From assembly GCA_028715175.1 (NCBI GenBank), contig JAQUSJ010000001.1:212550-276549 (forward strand): a stretch of DNA of 64,000 bases, written 5' to 3'. Below the pieces are notes generated by a model. It saw only the letters and a list, made by a program, of their open reading frames with translations. It did not search any database and was not told the DNA's origin. The translations under genes and the position numbers were made by a program. Below are positions 35,709 to 43,475 of this stretch, piece by piece. This DNA is from Candidatus Daviesbacteria bacterium. Its GTDB lineage: Bacteria; Patescibacteriota; Microgenomatia; Daviesbacterales; UBA10151. How positions within the stretch are numbered: the stretch's first letter is position 1; each line of letters opens with the position of its first letter.

Positions 35709-35927
35709 ATGACTAAAAAGAAATTTAAAATAATAGGCATGCATTGTACATCTTGTGCCATGACCATTGATATGGATTTAGAGGATTTGCCTGGGGTAAA
35801 AATGGCTCAGACAAACTACGCTCGCCAAACCACTGAAGTAGAATTTGATCCTAAAAGAGCGACAGATAGTTTAATTCTGGAAACTATTAAAAAATCAGGA
35901 TATACTGCAGTTCCCCTTGAAACTTAA
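35709..35927 (+). CDS. copZ: copper chaperone, heavy-metal-associated domain
   Basis: GMHCTSC MxCxxC motif, 72 aa. Confidence 0.8.
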   Translation: MTKKKFKIIGMHCTSCAMTIDMDLEDLPGVKMAQTNYARQTTEVEFDPKRATDSLILETIKKSGYTAVPLET

Positions 35928-35951
35928 TACCAAATACATAATACTTAATAC

Positions 35952-36935
35952 ATGTTCGACTTAATCTCCATCGGGGATGCCAGGATTGACAATTTTGTTC
36001 ACTTGCCGAAGGCTCATATAAGTTGTACTTTGAACAGGGAAAACTGCGAAATTTGTTTGAATTACGGGGATAAAATTCCGGTAGACGAGATGCGGTGTTT
36101 GCCTGCAGGAAATAATAACAATAATGCTGTGGGCGCAGCCAGATTGAAGATGAAAACAGCCCTTTACGGCAATATTGGCGGCGACGGCAACGGCAGAATG
36201 ATTCTGGATCATTTAAGAAAAGAAGGTGTTGTCACGCGCTACGTGATTGTAAACAAAGATGTGCCGACAGAGCAATCGATAGTTTTAACATACCAGGGCG
36301 AGCGGACGATTTTAGTTTATCATTATCCCTGGGATTATAATTTGCCTGATTTGGAGCGGGCCAGATGGGTCTATTTTAGTTCCGTGTCTTATTCATACAC
36401 CAAGACCTCTTTAATTTCTCAAATTGAAAGCTATATAGAAAGAACCGGAGCGAATTTGGCTTTCGGTCCCGGAACAAATCAATTAAAAGACGGGGTCAAA
36501 AAATATCCGAAATTGCTTTCTTTGACCAAAGTTTTTATCCTGAATAAGGAAGAAGCCAAAAAAGTTTTGGAAATTCCGGAGGAGAAAAAAGCGGACATCA
36601 AGAAGTTGCTTATTGGTTTGGCGGATTTAGGTCCGGAGATGGTGGTAATTACCGATGGAGAGGATGGGTCATACGGATTTGATGGAGATAAATTCTACAA
36701 AATCGGGATTTTTCCGGCAAATTTAGTGGAGATGACCGGAGCAGGCGACGCGTATTCGACAGGTTTTCTGGCAGGTCTTTTTCATGGAAATAGTTTAGCG
36801 CAGGCAATGCGGTGGGGTGCGGCAAACGGGGCATCAGTTGTGGAACAAACCGGCGCGCAAACAGGACTTTTGAGCTTGCATCAAATGCAGGAGAAATTAA
36901 AGATGAATCCTAAAATTATTGCAAAAGAAATATAG
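35952..36935 (+). CDS. PfkB-family carbohydrate kinase (ribokinase-like)
   Basis: GAGDAYSTGF anion-hole/catalytic motif near the C-terminus. Confidence 0.7.
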   Translation: MFDLISIGDARIDNFVHLPKAHISCTLNRENCEICLNYGDKIPVDEMRCLPAGNNNNNAVGAARLKMKTALYGNIGGDGNGRMILDHLRKEGVVTRYVIVNKDVPTEQSIVLTYQGERTILVYHYPWDYNLPDLERARWVYFSSVSYSYTKTSLISQIESYIERTGANLAFGPGTNQLKDGVKKYPKLLSLTKVFILNKEEAKKVLEIPEEKKADIKKLLIGLADLGPEMVVITDGEDGSYGFDGDKFYKIGIFPANLVEMTGAGDAYSTGFLAGLFHGNSLAQAMRWGAANGASVVEQTGAQTGLLSLHQMQEKLKMNPKIIAKEI

Positions 36936-36947
36936 CGTAGCCGGTTT

Positions 36948-37670
36948 TTAATGTACGACCACGCGGGTACCGGGATTTTCTGCAGTTGCTCTGACAGCAC
37001 CCTGGCCGGATGGAACAGTTGGTCCGGCCCAATCAAAAATTTGGGCAGCAGAGGCAAGAGGAGAGTTAACGCAGCCATGACTCATCGGGTGGCCGAAATT
37101 ATTATGCCAGTAAGCCCCATGAATGGCATAACCCAAGTGAAAGAACATATTATTCGGAACATTAGGCAGGTTGTAGTAAGTGCCCAAGGCTTGCGATCCT
37201 CCTGTCATACTTTGACTTCTGGTTTTATACCAGATATTGAAAGTTCCTCTGGGGGTAGGAGCCCATAGGCCGGTAGAAACCGGGAATTCCATGACTAGCC
37301 TGTTTCCTTCCCAAGCCCTAAGCCGTTGTTCGTCTAAAGATATATCAATCCATTTTTCTTCTCCGGCAGGATTGGTTGTACCCAGTACTGTCTGGTTATT
37401 GTCCTGATTTTGGGCTAGAGATTCTGAGTATGCATAAGCAAGCGATGTTTTAGGATAGTCTATAACTTTGTTGTTATAGGTAGCGGTACTGGCTTCCTCA
37501 TTAAACTTGCCGTCTGATTTGGCAACCGTACTGGCATCGCAGCAGGAGGTGGTTGGGTCGCCGGAAATGTCTAATTTATAAACGATTGTCCGCCTGATTG
37601 ATTGAAAATTAAAAGCAACGAAGAGAGTAACAGCTATTATTAGTAGAAGAGGTATCAGACGGTGCAGCAT
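36948..37670 (-). CDS. L,D-transpeptidase (YkuD domain), membrane-anchored
   Basis: HGAYWHNNFGHPMSHGCVN catalytic His/Cys motif. Confidence 0.75.
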   Translation of the reverse strand: MLHRLIPLLLIIAVTLFVAFNFQSIRRTIVYKLDISGDPTTSCCDASTVAKSDGKFNEEASTATYNNKVIDYPKTSLAYAYSESLAQNQDNNQTVLGTTNPAGEEKWIDISLDEQRLRAWEGNRLVMEFPVSTGLWAPTPRGTFNIWYKTRSQSMTGGSQALGTYYNLPNVPNNMFFHLGYAIHGAYWHNNFGHPMSHGCVNSPLASAAQIFDWAGPTVPSGQGAVRATAENPGTRVVVH

Positions 37671-37765
37671 ATAAAAGTTTTGCGCTTCCGTCTTAGCACA
37701 ATTTAATTGTGAGGCAAAATTGCTCTGGACGTCAAGAGGGAGTTTCGCTTAAGATAGAAAATTAC

Positions 37766-38677
37766 ATGAAAAAACTAGCTATTCCGGTAACTATTTTGAC
37801 TGCTCTCCTTGCAGTTTTGTTTATAATCAGTTCAAGCAAGGAGGCGGAGAATTTAATCTCCCCTCTTGCAAAGGGGACAAGAGTTTTAGGGATAAACCAG
37901 TGGTTTCCGGGAAATACAAATATAGCTCAAGCAGATGCTCCAGGAGTGAGCGCGGAAGCAGTTTTGTTTGTTGATACAAAGACCGGGCAGGTTCTTTTTT
38001 CAAAAAATCCCAATAAAAAATTGCCGATTGCCTCTTTGGTTAAGGTTATGACAGCGCTTGTGGCTTTGGAACACAAGAGTATGGATGATGAATTTTTTGT
38101 TTCCCGGCATGCAGCCGAGACTGAACCTGATAAAATGTTGCTTATTGCCGGAGAAAAATTAACTTTAAGAGAACTTTTGGATGGAGTCTTTTTAATATCG
38201 GCAAATGATGCGGCAGAAGTCTTGAGCGAAGGCACAACGGGAAGCAGGGATGAATTTATCAAGTTGATGAATGATAAGACAGAACAGTTAGGAATGAAAG
38301 AAACTTATTTCGTAAACCCCACCGGATTGGATGAAGATTCCAATAATTCATATTCAACGGTTTATGATTTGGCTATTTTGACGCGATTTCTGATAAGGCA
38401 CTACCCGGAAGTTGTTGATATTTCCAGGACGGAACATATTTATTTACCGAAAACGGAGAATCACCAGGATTATGATATGTATTCCGGGATAAACCTTTTA
38501 ACTTCATATCCGGGGGTTGTGGGTTTTAAAACCGGTTATACCCCGGAGGCAGGGTTGACTTTAATAACTTTGGCAAGGAAAAACGGACATGAGGTGATAG
38601 GGGTACTTTTGGGGTCCGGGGACAGGCGGGATGAGGCAAGAGAAATTTTGGACTATTCGTTTAATAAACTAAAGTGA
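37766..38677 (+). CDS. D-alanyl-D-alanine carboxypeptidase (peptidase S11), second paralogue
   Basis: ASLVKVMTAL (SxxK) and SANDAA motifs; start at MKKLAIPV... with N-terminal TM/signal. Confidence 0.75.
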   Translation: MKKLAIPVTILTALLAVLFIISSSKEAENLISPLAKGTRVLGINQWFPGNTNIAQADAPGVSAEAVLFVDTKTGQVLFSKNPNKKLPIASLVKVMTALVALEHKSMDDEFFVSRHAAETEPDKMLLIAGEKLTLRELLDGVFLISANDAAEVLSEGTTGSRDEFIKLMNDKTEQLGMKETYFVNPTGLDEDSNNSYSTVYDLAILTRFLIRHYPEVVDISRTEHIYLPKTENHQDYDMYSGINLLTSYPGVVGFKTGYTPEAGLTLITLARKNGHEVIGVLLGSGDRRDEAREILDYSFNKLK

Positions 38678-38853
38678 GTGGAAAAAGTTTTGGGGAAGGG
38701 GTATGCTGAGGGTATGATTGTAAAAGTTAAGGAAGGTTTTAGGGTGGTGGCGGAGAGTGGGAGAAATATGGGAACTTATTCAACCAAAGAACAGGCAGAG
38801 AAAAGGCTTAGACAAATTGAAATGTTTAAACACATGAGGAAAGGATAGAATTT

Positions 38854-39120
38854 ATGTTAGGATTTAGCTGGAAAAGATTTTTGATTACTTTGGGGTTAAG
38901 TGTGTTGGTGTGGGTAGTGAGTGGTTTTACTCAAGCTTTGATCGGATTTCCGAATTACTTTACAATTTTCCATACATGTAGTTTAACTGGTTACCCTATT
39001 GCTTTGTGTATATCTAGTAACGATCAGGCTAAAGTAGCTTTGATATCTTTTGTAAATATTATCCTGTGGTTTTGGGTTATCCATTTATTTTGGGGATTGT
39101 TTCAGAAACGTGGCAAGTAA
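38854..39120 (+). CDS. hypothetical small membrane protein
   Basis: 88-aa hydrophobic ORF; 3' end overlaps the convergent large gene. Confidence 0.35.
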   Translation: MLGFSWKRFLITLGLSVLVWVVSGFTQALIGFPNYFTIFHTCSLTGYPIALCISSNDQAKVALISFVNIILWFWVIHLFWGLFQKRGK

Positions 39121-42078
39121 ACCAAAAGAGGCTAAGGTTATTATGCCTCCGGAAACTATCAATAAACCGCCAAGAAATTCTTCCGCTGGCTTTTCATCAT
39201 TTTTATTGGAGATTAAATTTTTCTGTTCTTCCAGGACTTTGCTGACATTGATTTGATCGGAAATATGGTTGGGGTTTTGGAAGGTAATTCCCAAGACGTC
39301 CGGCGTAGACAAGATGGAGTTTGATGATTGATTTGTGGTTTCTCTCTTGGAGTTCACCTCGGAGGAGTCAGAGTCCACCTCCGAGGTGCTAACTGTGTTG
39401 GAGGTAGAATTTGATGAAGTACCAGAGGAGATGATTGAAGTGGGGGTTTGTGTAGGAGTTGGGATGAGAGTAGGAGACGGGGACACAGCAATTTCTATAG
39501 TGATAGATTGGGGGATTTCTTCGTTACCCAAGTTATCAATTGATTTGATTTGGATAGTGGTTGTTCCCGGATTAGAAATAGTGAACGGCCCGGTATATGT
39601 CTGTACTGTTTGACCATTATCTAAGCTATATTCAATCCTTAGTATTCCTGATTCAGTATCGCTTCCGGTTAAAGTTATAGTAACTGGTCCAGTATAAACA
39701 CCTGAAGAATCTTTAGTACCGGAAATTTGAATATTGGTAACGGGCGGTGTTTGGTCTAATGCTGCAGAACCGGTAGTTTCGCTGGTAGGATTAATGGGGA
39801 TATTTATTTCGCTTGACGAATCAGGATAAAAATTAAGCGAAGGGGAAGTATCTAAAGCAGGATCAAGAGTAAATTCTACTTTGCCAACTTGAGGAATAGC
39901 AATGTCTTTATAAATTGTGGTTTTGGATATTTTATCTTGTTTGTAGGTCCTTTTTTTGAGGCTAGTAGTTTTAGAGTTATTGGACGGATTTTTACGAGTT
40001 GTTTTTACTTTTACTTTTGCAGCTTTCTTTTTAACAAAAGCGTGTTTGGTATTGCCGGAAGTGGTACAAGAGACATCCGGAATATTTTCTTCTATTTCTC
40101 CTTTGTCATTTAAACCGCAGTGGCGGTTTTGATCATCGTATAAATCTAATTCTCCATCATCTAAGGAAATTTGTTCGCCTTCCAGAACAATTTTTTCGTC
40201 TTTTACTTCAACTGGTAAGGAATTATCATCATTCAAAATTGCTTTGACGGTTTGCATGGCTGTTCCATTGCTGGAAACTAGATCACCATGCTCTTGCTCT
40301 ACATAATAAATTTTGGTTGCACCTGAGATATCAATACTGTCGTTTTTAAGTGAAGCGCTGTACAGGGGGACTGTACCATCGCCATTAACAAAAACTTCGT
40401 CTCTTTTGGGTATTAAATTAATTGGCCAGGTTACCCACCAAGTTTCGTGGATTTGGCCTAAGGTGGATTGACTAGAGCCAACTATTTCGTAAACCTTTAC
40501 ATCATTAGTCTGATTAAACAATGAATCTTGTAAGGTATGAAATTCTTCCCCAATATTAAATGCTGTCATATTATGCCCTAGATTAGATAGAAGTGTTTTT
40601 GTTTGATTAAAATTTAATGCCCCGATTTCATTATTATTATCAATATCTCTATCATCTTTGTATGGATAAGAAATTGTATTATCTGTATTGGTATAGAAAT
40701 CGAAATATTTTGAAGAGGGTAGTAATTCAAATATGCTTGGTAAATTTTGAGAAGTATCTTTAGTTTCGCTGGGTGGAATACCGAGTTTAAATAATCTAAA
40801 ATCATAGCCTAGCCATGATCCATATCTTAAGGTTTTGAGACTATCTACTGCTCCTAAATGTGGAACTCCCAGTTCTATCAATTTATTGACCTTAGCAGCT
40901 TTTACTGAGTCTGAAATATAATACCTTGCTACCAGGCCTCCCATAGAGTGGACTACCAGATTAACTTGAGATTGACCGGAAGCTATTTTGGCGGTTTCAA
41001 TGAGATTGTCTAAACTGTCTTTAGTGTTTCTGACATCTTTTCTCCAATCATATGGAAAGGTAAAGAAATTTTTACCTTTCTCGTACCCCATTCCGGTAAA
41101 AAACGAATCAATATCAGAATACCCAAAAGAAGTTAAGTCTCCTGTTAAACTTAAAGCAGCCTCTGGGGTTTGCCCATCGGTTTTTAACCGTAAAATATCA
41201 AAATAATCATCATCTCCCAGTTCCGCAGCCTTATCCTGATTTACCCAAATCTTTTCATTGCTGGAATAAGCATGAGAATATGTTCCGCCATGGCCGTCTT
41301 GAGCAGACCAAATAATATCCTGAGATGCCTTTATCTCTGACCCGCCAATTCCCGGAATAAAAATTACCGGTAATCTTGGAGGTGGAGGTGGAGGCGAAGT
41401 GTTACTCAAGATAAAATATAAATCATCTTTAGTGCTGGAAAATACATTGCAACCAGAATTTGAAGTTTGAGAATTCCAGATATATTGAGAAGCGTTACAG
41501 AATCCGTTATCAAAAGCATATCTTAAGCCTCCGCCGCTAAATAAATCAGATCCCCCATGTCCTCCCGGACCATAAGCAGCGCTTGTAAATAATATTTTAC
41601 CGCTGCCCGCGTTACCATTATTGGCATTGGTTATAAATATTAAGTACCGGTGTCCAGGGATGAAATTATAATTCCGGCAGGAAAAATCAATGGTAACATC
41701 TTCGTATCCGATTGGGACGCCAGTTGTTGTAAAAGTTAAACCGTCTAATGGGTCATTATGGTTAGTTCCAGGACAGCCAATTATATATGAATTATTATTA
41801 TCCTTGTCGTAGATACGGGTGTTTCTGGTGGTAAAATCAAATTGATTTAGATTGGTCCGGGAAGTACTAACTCTGAACGTGAAAGAGGATGCGGTGCCGG
41901 ATAAATTATTTCCTAATTCTTGTAAAGCCTCCCAAACAGTTAGTGGATCGCTCCAGGTTTGAGTTTGTTCCGCTACAGAAACAGCAGAGATATTAGAAGT
42001 TGAGGCCACAAAAAGTCCTGCTACAAAAATAAGCCGTATATATTGGCGAAATGGCAGTTTTATATTCACTTTTAACAC
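39085..42078 (-). CDS. large surface protein: signal peptide, lipase/acyltransferase-like alpha/beta-hydrolase domain (GIGGSEI...LVVHSMGGLVARYY), Ig-like domain, S/T-rich linker, C-terminal TM anchor
   Basis: GxSxG nucleophile elbow (HSMGG) of PGAP1/LCAT-like lipases; C-terminal hydrophobic stretch GGLLIVSGGIITLASFGLLATFL plus KQSPK. Confidence 0.6.
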   Translation of the reverse strand: MLKVNIKLPFRQYIRLIFVAGLFVASTSNISAVSVAEQTQTWSDPLTVWEALQELGNNLSGTASSFTFRVSTSRTNLNQFDFTTRNTRIYDKDNNNSYIIGCPGTNHNDPLDGLTFTTTGVPIGYEDVTIDFSCRNYNFIPGHRYLIFITNANNGNAGSGKILFTSAAYGPGGHGGSDLFSGGGLRYAFDNGFCNASQYIWNSQTSNSGCNVFSSTKDDLYFILSNTSPPPPPPRLPVIFIPGIGGSEIKASQDIIWSAQDGHGGTYSHAYSSNEKIWVNQDKAAELGDDDYFDILRLKTDGQTPEAALSLTGDLTSFGYSDIDSFFTGMGYEKGKNFFTFPYDWRKDVRNTKDSLDNLIETAKIASGQSQVNLVVHSMGGLVARYYISDSVKAAKVNKLIELGVPHLGAVDSLKTLRYGSWLGYDFRLFKLGIPPSETKDTSQNLPSIFELLPSSKYFDFYTNTDNTISYPYKDDRDIDNNNEIGALNFNQTKTLLSNLGHNMTAFNIGEEFHTLQDSLFNQTNDVKVYEIVGSSQSTLGQIHETWWVTWPINLIPKRDEVFVNGDGTVPLYSASLKNDSIDISGATKIYYVEQEHGDLVSSNGTAMQTVKAILNDDNSLPVEVKDEKIVLEGEQISLDDGELDLYDDQNRHCGLNDKGEIEENIPDVSCTTSGNTKHAFVKKKAAKVKVKTTRKNPSNNSKTTSLKKRTYKQDKISKTTIYKDIAIPQVGKVEFTLDPALDTSPSLNFYPDSSSEINIPINPTSETTGSAALDQTPPVTNIQISGTKDSSGVYTGPVTITLTGSDTESGILRIEYSLDNGQTVQTYTGPFTISNPGTTTIQIKSIDNLGNEEIPQSITIEIAVSPSPTLIPTPTQTPTSIISSGTSSNSTSNTVSTSEVDSDSSEVNSKRETTNQSSNSILSTPDVLGITFQNPNHISDQINVSKVLEEQKNLISNKNDEKPAEEFLGGLLIVSGGIITLASFGLLATFLKQSPK
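39355..39388. repeat. dispersed hairpin repeat copy inside the lipase-like gene (CACCTCGGAGG-AGTCAGAGTCCA-CCTCCGAGGTG), in frame (…STSEVDSDSSEV… on the minus strand)
   Basis: Near-identical to the copy at 42163. Confidence 0.7.
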
Positions 42079-42162
42079 TAGAATTATTGATCGTGAAAAG
42101 GGTCAATACAAGATGTCTTTAAGATGCTTTAAGGTAACAAACAAATACAGATTTACCCTGTC

Positions 42163-42196
42163 CACCTCGGAGGAGTCAAAGCCCACCTCCGAGGTG
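42163..42196. repeat. dispersed hairpin repeat copy, intergenic, abutting the ppiB -10 box (GAGGTG-TATAAT)
   Basis: CACCTCGGAGG-AGTCAAAGCCCA-CCTCCGAGGTG followed by TATAAT at about 42198 and the ppiB ATG at 42210. Confidence 0.7.
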
Positions 42197-42209
42197 TATA
42201 ATTGGGCAG

Positions 42210-42899
42210 ATGTTTACCAATCAAAAGGTTTTGGGAATGCTTTTAATTGTTTTTATAATCGGAACGGCAATTTATTTTACTGTTACAAAGTTTAGTCGGG
42301 ATGTCAGTAATTTATCTGTGACTCCGACTCCTGCTCCACAGGATATAAATTTTACACTTAATTCAACCCCTGCTCCTTCGGCGGCGAATGTGGCGCAGAC
42401 CCAATCAACTGAACTGCCTTTAGCCAAAAACAAAAGACTTGACCGGTTTCCCGGCATATTAAGACCGGAAGTTTTGCAAAATAAAAAAGCGGTTATCCAA
42501 ACTTCTAAAGGTCTCATCCAGTTGCAAATTTACCCCGAAGCATCTATGGCTGCTTCTAATTTTATGCTTTTAGCTGCTAATGGTTTTTATGACGGATTAA
42601 CTTTTCATCGGGTAGAAGATTGGGTGGTTCAGGGCGGCGATCCAACTGGTACAGGGTCTGGTGGACCCGGGTATCAGTTTCCTGATGAGCAGATTATAAG
42701 AGCATATGTGAAAGGTATAGTTGCTATGGCAAATTCAGGACCAAATACTAACGGCAGCCAGTTTTTTATATTAAAAAAAGATAGCGCACTTCAGCCGAAT
42801 TACACAATTTTTGGCCAGGTTATTTCCGGCCAGGAGGTGGTAGATAAAATAGCTGTTGGGGAGATAATGCAAAGAGTTCTGATCCAAGACCTCCAGTAG
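42210..42899 (+). CDS. ppiB: cyclophilin-type peptidyl-prolyl cis-trans isomerase, membrane-anchored
   Basis: FHRVEDWVVQGGDPTGTGSGGPGYQF and SGPNTNGSQFFI motifs; N-terminal TM. Confidence 0.8.
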   Translation: MFTNQKVLGMLLIVFIIGTAIYFTVTKFSRDVSNLSVTPTPAPQDINFTLNSTPAPSAANVAQTQSTELPLAKNKRLDRFPGILRPEVLQNKKAVIQTSKGLIQLQIYPEASMAASNFMLLAANGFYDGLTFHRVEDWVVQGGDPTGTGSGGPGYQFPDEQIIRAYVKGIVAMANSGPNTNGSQFFILKKDSALQPNYTIFGQVISGQEVVDKIAVGEIMQRVLIQDLQ

Positions 42900-42976
42900 C
42901 TTTCAGCTATCAGTCTTCAGTCATCAGACAGTTGTAATTTAAATCTGAAAGCTGACAGCTGAAGACTGACGACTAT
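42900..42976. repeat. long imperfect palindrome (arms ~30 nt, 11-nt perfect core TCAGTCTTCAG/CTGAAGACTGA, AT-rich 15-nt loop) immediately after the ppiB stop
   Basis: Read directly; the left arm also contains a TCAGTCN 7-mer x3. Confidence 0.55.
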
Positions 42977-43034
42977 ACCATATATTGTATATTGACACTT
43001 TAAGGTACCAATATGTTATGTTATACTGGGTTTC

Positions 43035-43475
43035 ATGAAATGTCCATTTTGCCAAAGTAATTTGAGTAAAGTTAAAGACAAAAGAGCAGTTCTGCGTCGC
43101 GGAGAGATAAGACGTCGTCGGGAATGTTTAAAATGTTCGAAGCGTTTTACAACTTACGAAATTCTGGCTGAGATAGAAATTTTGGTAATTAAAAAAGACG
43201 GGAAAAAGGAACCATATGAACGGGAAAAATTGCAGAGAGGATTGAATAGAGCTTTAGAGAAAAGACCGGGTGTTGACAGGGTTGAAAGCATTCTTGATAG
43301 AATAGAAAGCCGGATTAGAACTAAGCACTTGCAGGAAATTCCCTCGCAAACTTTGGGGAAGTGGGTATTATCAGAGTTGAAAAAACTAGATCCGGTTGCC
43401 TATTTGCGGTTTGCAAGCGTTTACCGGACTTTTTCTGACCCAAAGGATTTTAAAAAAGAGCTGGAAACCTTATGA
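43035..43475 (+). CDS. nrdR: transcriptional repressor NrdR
   Basis: N-terminal zinc ribbon (CPFC...CLKC) plus ATP-cone. Confidence 0.85.
   Translation: MKCPFCQSNLSKVKDKRAVLRRGEIRRRRECLKCSKRFTTYEILAEIEILVIKKDGKKEPYEREKLQRGLNRALEKRPGVDRVESILDRIESRIRTKHLQEIPSQTLGKWVLSELKKLDPVAYLRFASVYRTFSDPKDFKKELETL

Noticed and set aside
38678-38848. Possible 45-57-aa ORF (MIVKVKEGFRVVAESGRNMGTYSTKEQAEKRLRQIEMFKHMRKG) between dacA paralogue and the small membrane protein
   Set aside because: No clear RBS, ambiguous start (GTG/TTG/ATG), and no recognisable features. Left unannotated, though it could be a real small protein.
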